From assembly GCA_963730175.1 (NCBI GenBank), contig CAVSRF010000022.1, positions 5,490-69,489 on the forward strand: a DNA stretch of 64,000 nucleotides. The letters run 5' to 3'. The notes under the pieces were generated by a model. It was not told the DNA's origin. It was given only the letters and a program-made list of their open reading frames with translations, and searched no databases. A program made the position numbers and the translations under genes. Below, one piece after another: positions 22,947-32,932 of this stretch. Source of the DNA: an uncultured Chloroflexia bacterium (GTDB lineage Bacteria; Chloroflexota; Anaerolineae; Anaerolineales; Villigracilaceae). How positions within the stretch are numbered: the first letter of the stretch is position 1; each line of letters starts with the position of its first letter.

Positions 22947-23405
22947 TCATTCTGCCTTTTCCCACGCGGAAAGGATGGCGGTCCCAATATCGACGCGTGA
23001 GGCAATCCCCATCAGTTCTCCGCCTTTGGAAACGACAAGAATATCGTGCAGGTTATGTTGCAACATCAAGGCATAGGCACGGAGCAAGCCACAGTCATCC
23101 TCTACTATAACTGTCTCTTTCATCAACGACTTGATCGGTTTTTCGAGCGTCCGTGCAGGCGGACGGGTTGTTTCCACCGCGCCAAAGTCGTGGACAAAAT
23201 CCAGGTCTTCGATGAAACGCACAAAATCGGGCAGTTGCAGGTTGAGCAGGTCGCGCAACCCCACCACACCAACAAGTTTATTGTTCGTGTCAACAATGGG
23301 AAGAAGACCGATATGCTTCTTTACAAAAATGGCAGCTGCCTCCCGGATCGAAGCCGTCAACGGAACCGATACAACATGTCGCTTCATACAATCTGATATG
23401 TTCAT
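22947..23405 (-). CDS. CBS-domain pair protein
   Basis: two CBS repeats (LPIVD...LVGVV; VVS.GGELMGI). Confidence 0.88.
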   Translation of the reverse strand: MNISDCMKRHVVSVPLTASIREAAAIFVKKHIGLLPIVDTNNKLVGVVGLRDLLNLQLPDFVRFIEDLDFVHDFGAVETTRPPARTLEKPIKSLMKETVIVEDDCGLLRAYALMLQHNLHDILVVSKGGELMGIASRVDIGTAILSAWEKAE

Positions 23406-23423
23406 TTCACCTCGGAAAATCTA

Positions 23424-25325
23424 TTAGAGTTCAGCATAGGATTCGACCTCAAGCACAAAAATAGTCGCGCCGCCCACCTTCACTTCAATGGGTTTGGGCA
23501 TGGGAAGCTTCGTAGAAGGGAACAAGGTATTAACAAACTCGACACGCTCCCTGCTACTGTTCTTCAAGGCGCGTACCGCAGACTCTTCAAGGCCTGCCGG
23601 CATCCCCACCATCAAAGTAACATTTTTGCGCTGGAGAAAGCCTCCCTTGCTGGGCAGGCGCGTAACAGCAAACCCAAGTTTGATCAGTGCCTGAACTGCG
23701 TTCTCAGCATCCTGTTCTTGAACGAACACGGTCATTAATCGATTTACCTTCAATCTCGGCCCAGTTCCCATTTTGGTCAACTCAGGCCACACAGCATTAT
23801 CTTCCGTCAATGCCATATCCACTTCACCGACCAACTGCGAATATATTTCATCTGAAATTACACCATCGCGCAATAAACCGGTCAGAGCGGAGCGTTGGGC
23901 ACGTAACAACTCGCGGCGGGCGGTATCCATCTCTTCAGCCTCTACTACAGGGTCAGAGGTGACAATTTCCTTTACTGCATCTGCCAATCCCGCAGTCCTC
24001 TTTTCAAGCAGAGGAGCAAGCCGCTGCCAGGTATGTTCTGAAATAAGTCCCTGCTGGCTCATACGACGAATATAATCGTGCGAGGCACGTCCAGCCACAA
24101 AACGGGCATGGCGGCGTTCATATTCCTCCTGAACGTTTGAACGCTGTACCAGTTTAAGTCGTTTTACCAGCCAGTCTGCGGAAGTACCCTGAACCAACAG
24201 ACTGAATAACACCAAGCCAAATGCCATCGCCTGTAAGCGTCCACGTTCAGCTGCGAGCACGCCGGTCTCAGGCAGGCTCAATGCCAGGGCAAGCGTAATA
24301 GCGCCGCGCATCCCACCCCAGAACAAAACATGTTTCCATTTCGTAGGGATTTCACGACTGAACAACGAAAAACCATAAATGCTTACAAAGCGCGCAATCA
24401 TTGCGGCAACAACCGCCCAAACGATCGCAGCCCAATTCGCGATCATGATATTGACGTCAATCGTCAGTCCGATAAGAAGAAAGATCAACGAGTTCGCGAG
24501 GAATGCCGCGTACTCCCAAAAGTTGAAAACCACCACACGCGTCGTCGCGGACATTCCGGTGGGACCCACGTTCCCATTCACGATCCCAGCCGTAACCACT
24601 GCCAGGACCCCACTCACACCCAACGTTTCAGCGATCAAGTATGAGCCAAAAGCAAGAACAGTTGTGAGGGTGGTTTCCACCAACGGGTCATCAATACGGC
24701 CAATAAACTGGGAAATCAATGCTCCCAATGCAATCCCAATCAAAACTCCACCGCCAGCGATCTTGATGAAGTCACGTATGCCCAGGGTAAAACTAAAATT
24801 TCCTGCCTTGGCGACTCCGAGCATGATGCTGAACATCACGATGGCTGTGCCGTCGTTGAACAGGCTTTCCCCCTCCAAAAGCACCTGCATTCGACGCGGT
24901 ACACCTAAACGACGGAACAACGCCACAACAGATACAGGGTCCGTTGCAGAGACCAATGCGCCAAAGACCAGTGCGGCGGATATCGCCAGCCCTGTTCCCC
25001 AGGCAACCACTCCGCCAACGAGTAACGTGGTGAGGATCACACCCGGGATCGCAAATGTCAGGATCAACCAAACGTCGCGGCGCAGATCTTCCAGTCGAAT
25101 ATGGAACGCTGCTTCAAATACCAATGGGGGAACCAGCAATGCCAGAATGATGTTCGGTGAGATCACAGTTTTATTTGCGGTGAGGAAGGTCAATACCAGA
25201 CCGATCAATACCAAACCCACCGTATAGGGAAGCCGTAACTGCCGCGCCGTAATTGCCACCACTGAAGCAATCAGAAGCAGAACAATGATGATCTCCTCGA
25301 TGACAATAATATTTTCGCCGATCAA
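23424..25325 (-). CDS. CPA1 Na+(K+)/H+ antiporter with C-terminal DarA/PstA-like c-di-AMP receptor domain
   Basis: ATDPV, EGESLFNDG, WGGMRGA; C-terminus VQEQD...KGGFLQRKNVTLMVG...VGGATIFVLEVE in one uninterrupted ORF. Confidence 0.9.
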   Translation of the reverse strand: MIGENIIVIEEIIIVLLLIASVVAITARQLRLPYTVGLVLIGLVLTFLTANKTVISPNIILALLVPPLVFEAAFHIRLEDLRRDVWLILTFAIPGVILTTLLVGGVVAWGTGLAISAALVFGALVSATDPVSVVALFRRLGVPRRMQVLLEGESLFNDGTAIVMFSIMLGVAKAGNFSFTLGIRDFIKIAGGGVLIGIALGALISQFIGRIDDPLVETTLTTVLAFGSYLIAETLGVSGVLAVVTAGIVNGNVGPTGMSATTRVVVFNFWEYAAFLANSLIFLLIGLTIDVNIMIANWAAIVWAVVAAMIARFVSIYGFSLFSREIPTKWKHVLFWGGMRGAITLALALSLPETGVLAAERGRLQAMAFGLVLFSLLVQGTSADWLVKRLKLVQRSNVQEEYERRHARFVAGRASHDYIRRMSQQGLISEHTWQRLAPLLEKRTAGLADAVKEIVTSDPVVEAEEMDTARRELLRAQRSALTGLLRDGVISDEIYSQLVGEVDMALTEDNAVWPELTKMGTGPRLKVNRLMTVFVQEQDAENAVQALIKLGFAVTRLPSKGGFLQRKNVTLMVGMPAGLEESAVRALKNSSRERVEFVNTLFPSTKLPMPKPIEVKVGGATIFVLEVESYAEL

Positions 25326-25358
25326 CTTTCCTCTTGATCCATTATGGACAGTGATGGG

Positions 25359-25931
25359 TTATTTTAATTTTTTACCGAATAATTCGCCTTGCATTCGAGA
25401 TGGACGTACCGGGAAAATCCCCTGTTGAACAGAACGCAATTCTTCCACGGTGAAAAAGGCTTTCGGGTGTATTTCCTGAATGATGTTTACCACATCAGGA
25501 AGTTCCCTCCTCAGCACGATGGTGTAAACGATTTGCACAGGACCATTTGCTCCATAGCCATCCACGTGTGTAACACCATATCCACCTGAGTGTAACCGCT
25601 CTATCAGGGATTTTCCTTCTTTGGAAAGGAAGGCACGTACCACTAACGTACCTATCGCCAGCTTTTCCTCGATGGACATACCAATATAGTTACCCAAGGC
25701 AAACCCAGCCGCGTAGGCAAGGTAGGCAACATAATTATGCACACCGCCAACGATCTGCGAAACGACCGTGATCCAGATGAACACTTCCACGAAGCCGAGC
25801 AGGGGTGCAATAAGCTTTTTCCCGCGAGAAATGAAGATGATGCGCATGGTGCCCAGCGTCACATCCGTGATACGTGCGAGAAAGACAATCAGCGGGAGAA
25901 TGACCCAGGTATACCAGTCGAAAGTTTCCAT
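25359..25931 (-). CDS. UPF0316 (DUF5698 + DUF2179) membrane protein
   Basis: ARITDVTLGTMR, GFVEV, YAAGFALGNYIG, GYGVT, HPKAF. Confidence 0.88.
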   Translation of the reverse strand: METFDWYTWVILPLIVFLARITDVTLGTMRIIFISRGKKLIAPLLGFVEVFIWITVVSQIVGGVHNYVAYLAYAAGFALGNYIGMSIEEKLAIGTLVVRAFLSKEGKSLIERLHSGGYGVTHVDGYGANGPVQIVYTIVLRRELPDVVNIIQEIHPKAFFTVEELRSVQQGIFPVRPSRMQGELFGKKLK

Positions 25932-25944
25932 GATGTAGATTATA
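25932..25944 (-). promoter_or_regulatory. putative leaderless -10 promoter
   Basis: TATAAT 7 nt upstream of ATG 25931, no SD. Confidence 0.55.
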
Positions 25945-25956
25945 CGCTCCTGTTAG

Positions 25957-27451
25957 TTATAAACTGCGGCTTTTACCCATCGTGGGTAGTATCCACTCAT
26001 CTTCATAGTATCCGCGTAGGACGCGGTAGTAGTAGAGGGCTTCTTTGTTTTGCAAGTTGTAATCCCAATCTTCTTTCAGGCGTTGGCGCTCGGAAGAGAA
26101 CTCGCTGTCAGAGATTTCGTCCAAGGCTTGCTTGAGGATCAATTCCGAGGAACCCGCGCCTTTTGAGAACTTTGCCTTGGGGCGATTGACGATCTCATGC
26201 GGGAGGTCGTCCGCAAAGGATTGGCGCAATAAGGCTTTGGGCACGCGCTCGTCGTGAAGTTTCCAGCTGGGGGGAATGCCCATTGCAAGCGAAACAGTTT
26301 CAACGTCCAGAAAAGGGACGCGGGCTTCCAATCCAAAAGCCATAGACATACGGTCGGCACGTTGTAGGTTGGTGTTGTGCAACGCGTTCGTGATGTAGAC
26401 CATCTCCTCCTGCAAATCGTCGGGAGAGTCTATATTTAGAAAGATAGTCGTATCCCGCAAAGACTTCGTCTGCACCCTCGCCTGTGAGAATGACCTTGAC
26501 GTGTTCAGACGCAAGCTTCGCCAAAAAATAATTAGGGATGGCGCTTCGCACGAGCGCGGGGTCGAAGGACTTAAGATGGTAAAGGACGTCCGGCAACGCT
26601 TCGACCATATCCTGTGTGGTGTACACATACTCGTGATGGATCGTATCAAGATGTCGGGACATCTGCCTCGCCGCCGAAAGATCGGGACTTCCCTCCACAC
26701 CGACCGCGAACGAATGCAGATGTTCGGTTTCCTCACGTGCCAATGCAGTGACGATACTGCTGTCAAGCCCGCCGCTGAGGCTCACGCCAACAGGAACATC
26801 GGCAAGCAAACGTTTATAGACCGAATCGCGCAGTGAAGATTGAATGGCTGTTACTGCTTCGTTTTCATTTCCTTCAAACAGGTGAATGTTATTTTCAAGT
26901 TGATAGTATTTGTGCCAGCCGAGCCGTGAATGATACCAATGCCCAGCGGGAAATTCTTTTATGCGTTTCACGTGTCCTTTGAGGGCTTTGATCTCTGATG
27001 CAAAGAAGAACTTTTTGCCGTCAGCACTTTTTCCATAATATAAAGGTTTGATACCGAGCGGGTCACGCGCCAGGAACATTTCGCCATTATGTTGCAGGGC
27101 AAACGCAAACATACCATCCAAAAGGCTGACACATTCTGGTCCCATTTTGCGATAGAGGTGGATCAGCACTTCGGTATCCGAATGTGTTTTGGCTCGCAAG
27201 CCTGGAAGATATTTTCGTTTAAGTTCCTTGTAGTTATAGATCTCCCCATTGAATGCGATGAATGTTTCCTGATAATCCATCGGCTGTTGACCGCCTTCCA
27301 CATCGAGGATGGCAAGACGGGTATGACCAAGCGTCCCGTTGGGAACGCCCACAACGCCATGACCGTCAGGTCCGCGATGTTCAATGTTCTTGATCATTGA
27401 TTTGACAGTTTGACTTGCTGGTTCCTGAAATACGCCAGCGATTCCACACAT
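25957..27451 (-). CDS. asparagine synthase (glutamine-hydrolysing)-like amidotransferase (frameshifted)
   Basis: MCGIAG Ntn Cys, HRGPD, SGGLDSS, GEGADE, EARVPFLD. Confidence 0.9.
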
Positions 27452-27487
27452 AGTGTTACTCCTTATTTTTTTGATTTACATACAACG

Positions 27488-27548
27488 TAGGGGCGACCCG
27501 CCTAGGATCGTTCAGATTTTCTGATTAACCTAGGCGGGTCGCCCCTAC
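27488..27548. repeat. GTAG-type REP element inside the cluster
   Basis: GTAGGGGCGACCCGCCTAGG...CCTAGGCGGGTCGCCCCTAC perfect arms. Confidence 0.8.
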
Positions 27549-27564
27549 AATATAACACAATTTT

Positions 27565-28668
27565 CTATTCAACTATCCCTTCCTGCACGAAGCGGGTCAA
27601 CTCACTGACGCTCCATTGTGCCAACCCCAGGCTCTCGACGGTACGTCCGCGCCGCCAGTAATCGGTGCGATGGATGATGCTCGCAATGCGGATCATGCTT
27701 TCCATGCCGCGCACTGAGACACCGTAACGAACACCGAGAGACGCAATAGGAACCAGGCTCATTGGCACATCTTCAAAGATATAACGGTGATTCAGTGTAG
27801 CTGGAGCTTTGATCCCATAATAGCCCGGTTGGTTATGAATTGCTTCGTGGAGATCTGTTCCACTTGTATCGTATGCAAGTTTCAACCACTCAAGAGAAGT
27901 TCGCGCACGGATGCCCAACGCCGAAGCCACAGTGACACGTTCGCGATCCAGCACTTCCAACATGCGAGAAACGGAGGGCGTGGCGCCATCAATATAGAAC
28001 TGGTAATCGCCATGCGTGGCTTCGATCCAGCCTGCGTTCATCAAAGTCAATGCGGGATGGAAGATGGCGCCCATGTTATTCAAGCCCGTATGAAGCACGT
28101 TCTCTCCATCAATAAATTGAGGATAGGCTTCATTGATCAAGTCCAATACTTGTTGTGTGCGCGTGGCAGGCAATGCAGCAAGCGGGACCGCTTCCTTGAT
28201 ACGGAAAATGCGCGCCTGCGCGGGACCATCGGAGCGTGATGCATAGATGAAGGTCTCTGCCTCTGCGGTGGTGACATCTGCTGTACAGCCGTTGTCACGG
28301 ATCACTTTGGAGAATTCGAGCGCACCGCAAGTGCGCCCTGGGTGAAGGACAACAATATGTCCATCACGCAAATGAGGGGCGCATACTTTTGCAATATCAG
28401 CGTGAGCCGATGATGGCAATACCACCATGATCATCTCAGCATTTTCCAATGCCTTACTCATATCTGAGGTAACACATGTAAGTTTTCCAAACCCGCGCGG
28501 GCCACCTTCATCACCGCTATCCAATTCAATACCACCGCGTTTTTTGATGATCTCAATACGTTCAGGTGTTCGGTTATACAAGGTAACCGAAAAGCCCATC
28601 AACGCAAGATGCGCTGCCATGGTCTTGCCGCCATGCCCCGCCCCGATCACTGTGAAATTTTTTGTCAT
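27565..28668 (-). CDS. NAD/NADP octopine/nopaline (opine) dehydrogenase family protein
   Basis: GAGHGG Rossmann motif, PGRTCGA, NMGAIFHP, HRYIFEDVP. Confidence 0.9.
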   Translation of the reverse strand: MTKNFTVIGAGHGGKTMAAHLALMGFSVTLYNRTPERIEIIKKRGGIELDSGDEGGPRGFGKLTCVTSDMSKALENAEMIMVVLPSSAHADIAKVCAPHLRDGHIVVLHPGRTCGALEFSKVIRDNGCTADVTTAEAETFIYASRSDGPAQARIFRIKEAVPLAALPATRTQQVLDLINEAYPQFIDGENVLHTGLNNMGAIFHPALTLMNAGWIEATHGDYQFYIDGATPSVSRMLEVLDRERVTVASALGIRARTSLEWLKLAYDTSGTDLHEAIHNQPGYYGIKAPATLNHRYIFEDVPMSLVPIASLGVRYGVSVRGMESMIRIASIIHRTDYWRRGRTVESLGLAQWSVSELTRFVQEGIVE

Positions 28669-28693
28669 TGCATCCTCCGATTGATTCAAAATG

Positions 28694-30327
28694 TTATACG
28701 AGTGCAGATATTCGCTTTGCTTCCTTGATCGGTTTTCCTTTTGAGTCAACAGCCACGCTTGCGCCATTGACAATGCTTGTGCGGACCTGACCGCGCCCAA
28801 ACTTATTATTACGAAGTTGCGGCGCGTCCATGAGACCAGATGTAACAGCTCGGGTTAAGGTAGACGCATCAGTAAACGGGTCACCAGCCTCAGGTCCCGC
28901 GAGAGCCGAGATCGCATCCAGTAAAAGTTTCGCTTCTTTGACAAGTTCCTTTCTCCGTTTTGTGATCGCTTTGTCAGCAGTCATATCAGGCGCGCCCATC
29001 GCGTTCTCGATGGCACGCCGCACAATCTTGCTGGCTTCGATCACATCATCCGCAGTGGCGGCGTGATGCGCCTCAGTATGACCGACGATATGATAGATGT
29101 GCGGCTTGAGTGACATTTGCAGATACGTGGCGGCGGCGAGATGTCCGCGTGCGGCATCGGGGTCAAGCGGATGCGAGAGCAGACCGATGCGCGATTGCTT
29201 CCACACTTTGAAGTTTTCATTTCCTGCAGCGGCTCGACCATATCCATGACCGCCAGCATCTTCGCGAGATCCATCGCATCCGAAATCCTGGCGGGCTGTT
29301 GAACATGAGTTGTGCAATGTAATCTTTCACACCAAAAGCACGCGCGTTATACGCCGCAAGATACGCCGACACAACGAACGTGACATCAGACGAATCGCGC
29401 ATGCCCCAATGATGCGGCTCGTTCAATTCAACAGGGATGTTGTGTTCGCCATACCACTTCATCACGCCTTGATGTTCACGGATCGAACCTTCAAGGTCCC
29501 ACGGTCCGCGCCCATCCATTTGATTGAACCAGAACAACGGGATCGCACACCATGCGATGTTGATCGTATCCACATACATCTCAGCCAGTTTTATAAAATC
29601 ATCGGTGCCCGAATATGTGCGCAGCATCGGGAAGTTTCCGCGCCTGCTCGCCTGATACAACGCGCGATAATCATCCGCCGAACGCACAGGCACACCGCCC
29701 GCACCCTTTTGCCGTGGGTTCTGTCGTTCAGGATGAAAGAAATTTTCCTGCGCATCCTGATCGATGCCCAGTGAGATCACATCCAATGCGTGCGCATCCG
29801 CGATCTTCTCAATTCCAGCGATCGTATCTTCCATTGTTGGCAAACCAAAGTGATGACGCAGTATCGGATACGGAGATTTCCATTTAATCCTTTCAATTGT
29901 GGATTGAGGAAAATCCGCTTCTTTCACCGCTCCATTCTGCTTCCCCTTTAAATAAGCCAGTATCGCCTCTGGAGGCTGACTGCCATCAAAGACCCGCTCG
30001 AAGAAGCCGATCTTCTCGACACGTTCTGCAACAGGCGGCGTTCCTCCAAACGCAAAGCGAACCCCCTTCTCATGCAACTCTGATGCGGCTTCGGCAAATT
30101 CACCCAATAAACGTTCACCCGTTTCAGGCGTCAACCGATAAGAGACTCCCACCATGTCCGCTTTTTCACGCTTGGCAACTTTAATCATTTCATCAATCGG
30201 CACGGATGGACCAAGAAATATCGGTGCGCCAACCAGCCGATTCCGCGAGACGTAAAAAATTCGTCACACCCGCCACATGGACACATTCACCCAAAGCACC
30301 AGCAACTACTGTCTTTTGTTTCGTCAT
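28694..30327 (-). CDS. cobalamin-binding domain protein with large uncharacterised catalytic domain (frameshifted)
   Basis: N-terminus read manually MTKQKTVVAGALGECVHVAG (CxHxxG variant of DxHxxG), VGVSYRL, GGT; continues in ORFs 29217-30203 and 28694-29317. Confidence 0.8.
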
Positions 30328-30512
30328 AAATCATCTCCTTTCTTCTTTGCTTCCCCCCTAAAACGAACTCATCCCTAAAAAATTTATACCATAAAAATTA
30401 TTTTCTTCTATTAATTCCGTGTAAAAGTCACTTTATCAATGCGTAAGGTTATGGGCTTATCAAAAGGTATGTTATAAATCTTTATCACTTTATTTATGTA
30501 TAAGAGGAAATA

Positions 30513-32091
30513 ATGCCTACAAAAGCACAAAACAAATCCAAAGTGGTCATCCGCAATTGGAAGGAAAAGGATATCCCTGCCATTGTCAAATTGCATGAAG
30601 ATGTTTACGGTCACGTTTACACGAAGGCAGAACTTTACAACGAACGAAAATACAGACTGCAATTCAAGAAATTTCCCGAGGGTCAATTTCTGGCAGAAGT
30701 GAATGGAAAGATCGTAGGATATGCCACTTCATTGATCCTACAGCTCGACGACGAAGACCTGTATCGCTACCCCGAGCTTTCGGGAAACGGATCGTTCAGT
30801 CCGCACACACCATCAGGAGATACGTTGTACGGAGCGGATATTGCCGTCCATCCAGATTATCGGGGACTTGCAATCGCCGGGGAACTATATAAAGGCAGGA
30901 GAAGCATTCTTAAGAAATTCAACCTGCGACGTATGATCGCATACGGACGAATCCCCGGCTACCCGGAACACACTGATAAACTGACGCCAGAAGAATACGT
31001 TCAGCAGGTGGTGGACAGGAAATTGAAAGACCCGGCATTGAACGCACATTTGAAGGCGGGCTATAAAGTGAAGAAGGTGGTATTCGACCTGATGCACGAC
31101 AGCGAAAGTATGGACTACTGCACCTATCTTGAGTATTTAAATCCAGCTTTTAAAGTAAACCAGAGAATGATTGCCGGAACAACACTCAAACGTCCGTTAA
31201 GAAGGATTTCGTGTTTGCGCCGCGCAATATCTGATGCGCCCCATCAAGACCTGGAAAGATCTCGAGAAAAATGTCGAGTTCTTTGTCGAAACCGCAAGCA
31301 CATACGACTGTCACTTTCTCGTCATGCCCGAGTATTTCACTGCCCAAATGTTTTCGACCATGCCATCCGATCTCGAACCGATCAAAGCGATGAAACGGCT
31401 TGCGGGGATGACGGACAAATACATCGCCATGTTCAAACGTTTCGCCAAAAAGCATCAACTCTACATCGTTGGCGGCTCCACCGCTGTGCTCCGTGAAGAC
31501 GGTCAGTTGTATAACGTGGCACACTTCTTCACGCCGAACGGCAAAGTCTACACACAGGATAAACTTCACATCACACCCTCAGAACGTGAAATGTGGAACA
31601 TCCGCCCGGGGAGTGGATTGAAGGTATTCGATACCCCATTAGGGCGCGTCGCAATTCAGGTCTGCTACGACATTGAATTTCCAGAAGTATCCCGCCTGCT
31701 TGCCCTTGCGGGTGCCGAGGTGATCTTCGTCCCGTTCAGCACGGATGAGAAGAAGGCATATCATCGAATCCGATATTCTGCCCAGGCACGTTGTGTGGAA
31801 AATTACATTTACACCGTCATCTCTGGAAACGCAGGCAACCTGCCGAATTGACAATATCTATTGAACTATTCCCAAAGTGCTATTTTGACTCCCAGCGACT
31901 TTGCCTTCCCCACCCATGCAGTCGCCGCAGAAGCGGACCCGAATGTTGAAACCGTCGTAGTGGGCGAACTCGCCCTTTCGAACCTTGCCAAACAGCGCGA
32001 GATCGGGAGCGTAAAGCCTTTATATGATCGTCGAACAGACATCTTCGAGCTTAAGTCAAAAGTCCCGATTGAGATTATTCACGTTGACTGA
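30513..32091 (+). CDS. GNAT acetyltransferase fused to carbon-nitrogen hydrolase (nitrilase family; frameshifted)
   Basis: GADIAVHPDYRG GNAT motif; MPEYF, QDKLHIT, VCYDIEFPE (E-K-C triad). Confidence 0.88.
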
Positions 32092-32102
32092 CAAAGAATT
32101 AA

Positions 32103-32127
32103 AAGTCCCGCAGATGATGCGGGACTT
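32103..32127 (+). terminator. intrinsic terminator
   Basis: AAGTCCCGCAgatgaTGCGGGACTT followed by T-rich tail. Confidence 0.6.
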
Positions 32128-32210
32128 CGTTTTTACAGTAAGGGCGACCCTACATGATTTGTAGAAGAGACCTGCTCCCTCTGGACGGGTCCGCCCCCTA
32201 CACACAATAA

Positions 32211-32786
32211 TCACTGGAAATACTGCAACGCCAATCTCAAACGTTCTTCCGTGTCATCAGGCGCATCCTTCGCAATGGACTGGATCGCGGTCTGTGCCTC
32301 AACCACGGAGTAACCCAGCGCGGTCAAAGCCGCCAGGACTTCACTGTCCGCATCAGACATGGATGCGACTTTTGCCAATGGATCGGTAGGCTTGAGTTTA
32401 TCTTTGAGGTGAAGCGCCATCTTCTGGGCAGTCTTCTTCCCCACGCCAGGGACACGGCTCAACAAATCCGCTTCATCAGCGAAGACGGCTCGCTGCACGG
32501 CATCCAATGTCATGGTGGAAAGAACCGAGAGCGCAACTTTCGGTCCCACCCCATCCACACCAAGAAGAACATTGAAGAGTTCGCGGTCACCTTGCGATTT
32601 AAAGCCATACAGTGTCAACGCATCCTCGCGGACAACGAGGTGCGTATAAAGCAAAACGACTTCACCAGCCTTCATCCGTCCACGTAATGGTGCGGGGACA
32701 AAGACACGCAGTCCTACTCCGCCCACTTCAAGAACGAGGGCGTTATCTTCGATTTGGGAGATCTCTCCGCGAAGGGTTGCTATCAT
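32211..32786 (-). CDS. ruvA: Holliday junction branch migration protein RuvA
   Basis: VREDALTLYGF, VDGVGPK, VPGVGKKTA, ALTALGY. Confidence 0.96.
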   Translation of the reverse strand: MIATLRGEISQIEDNALVLEVGGVGLRVFVPAPLRGRMKAGEVVLLYTHLVVREDALTLYGFKSQGDRELFNVLLGVDGVGPKVALSVLSTMTLDAVQRAVFADEADLLSRVPGVGKKTAQKMALHLKDKLKPTDPLAKVASMSDADSEVLAALTALGYSVVEAQTAIQSIAKDAPDDTEERLRLALQYFQ

Positions 32787-32932
32787 GGGTTTATTTTAAC
32801 CCTTTTCGCCACAAAATTATACGTTGGTATAACTGCGTTTTAGCACTGTAAGGTGACTACAAGACAAGTTGTCTTTATTTTATATCCAAAGGTAGGTTGG
32901 AAATTCAATAACGGAGAGTAAACTTCCACATC

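Noticed and set aside
30328-30512. c-di-AMP (ydaO) or cobalamin riboswitch upstream of the B12 gene
   Set aside because: Region is short and AT-rich with no consensus recognisable by eye; an Rfam/Infernal scan would settle it
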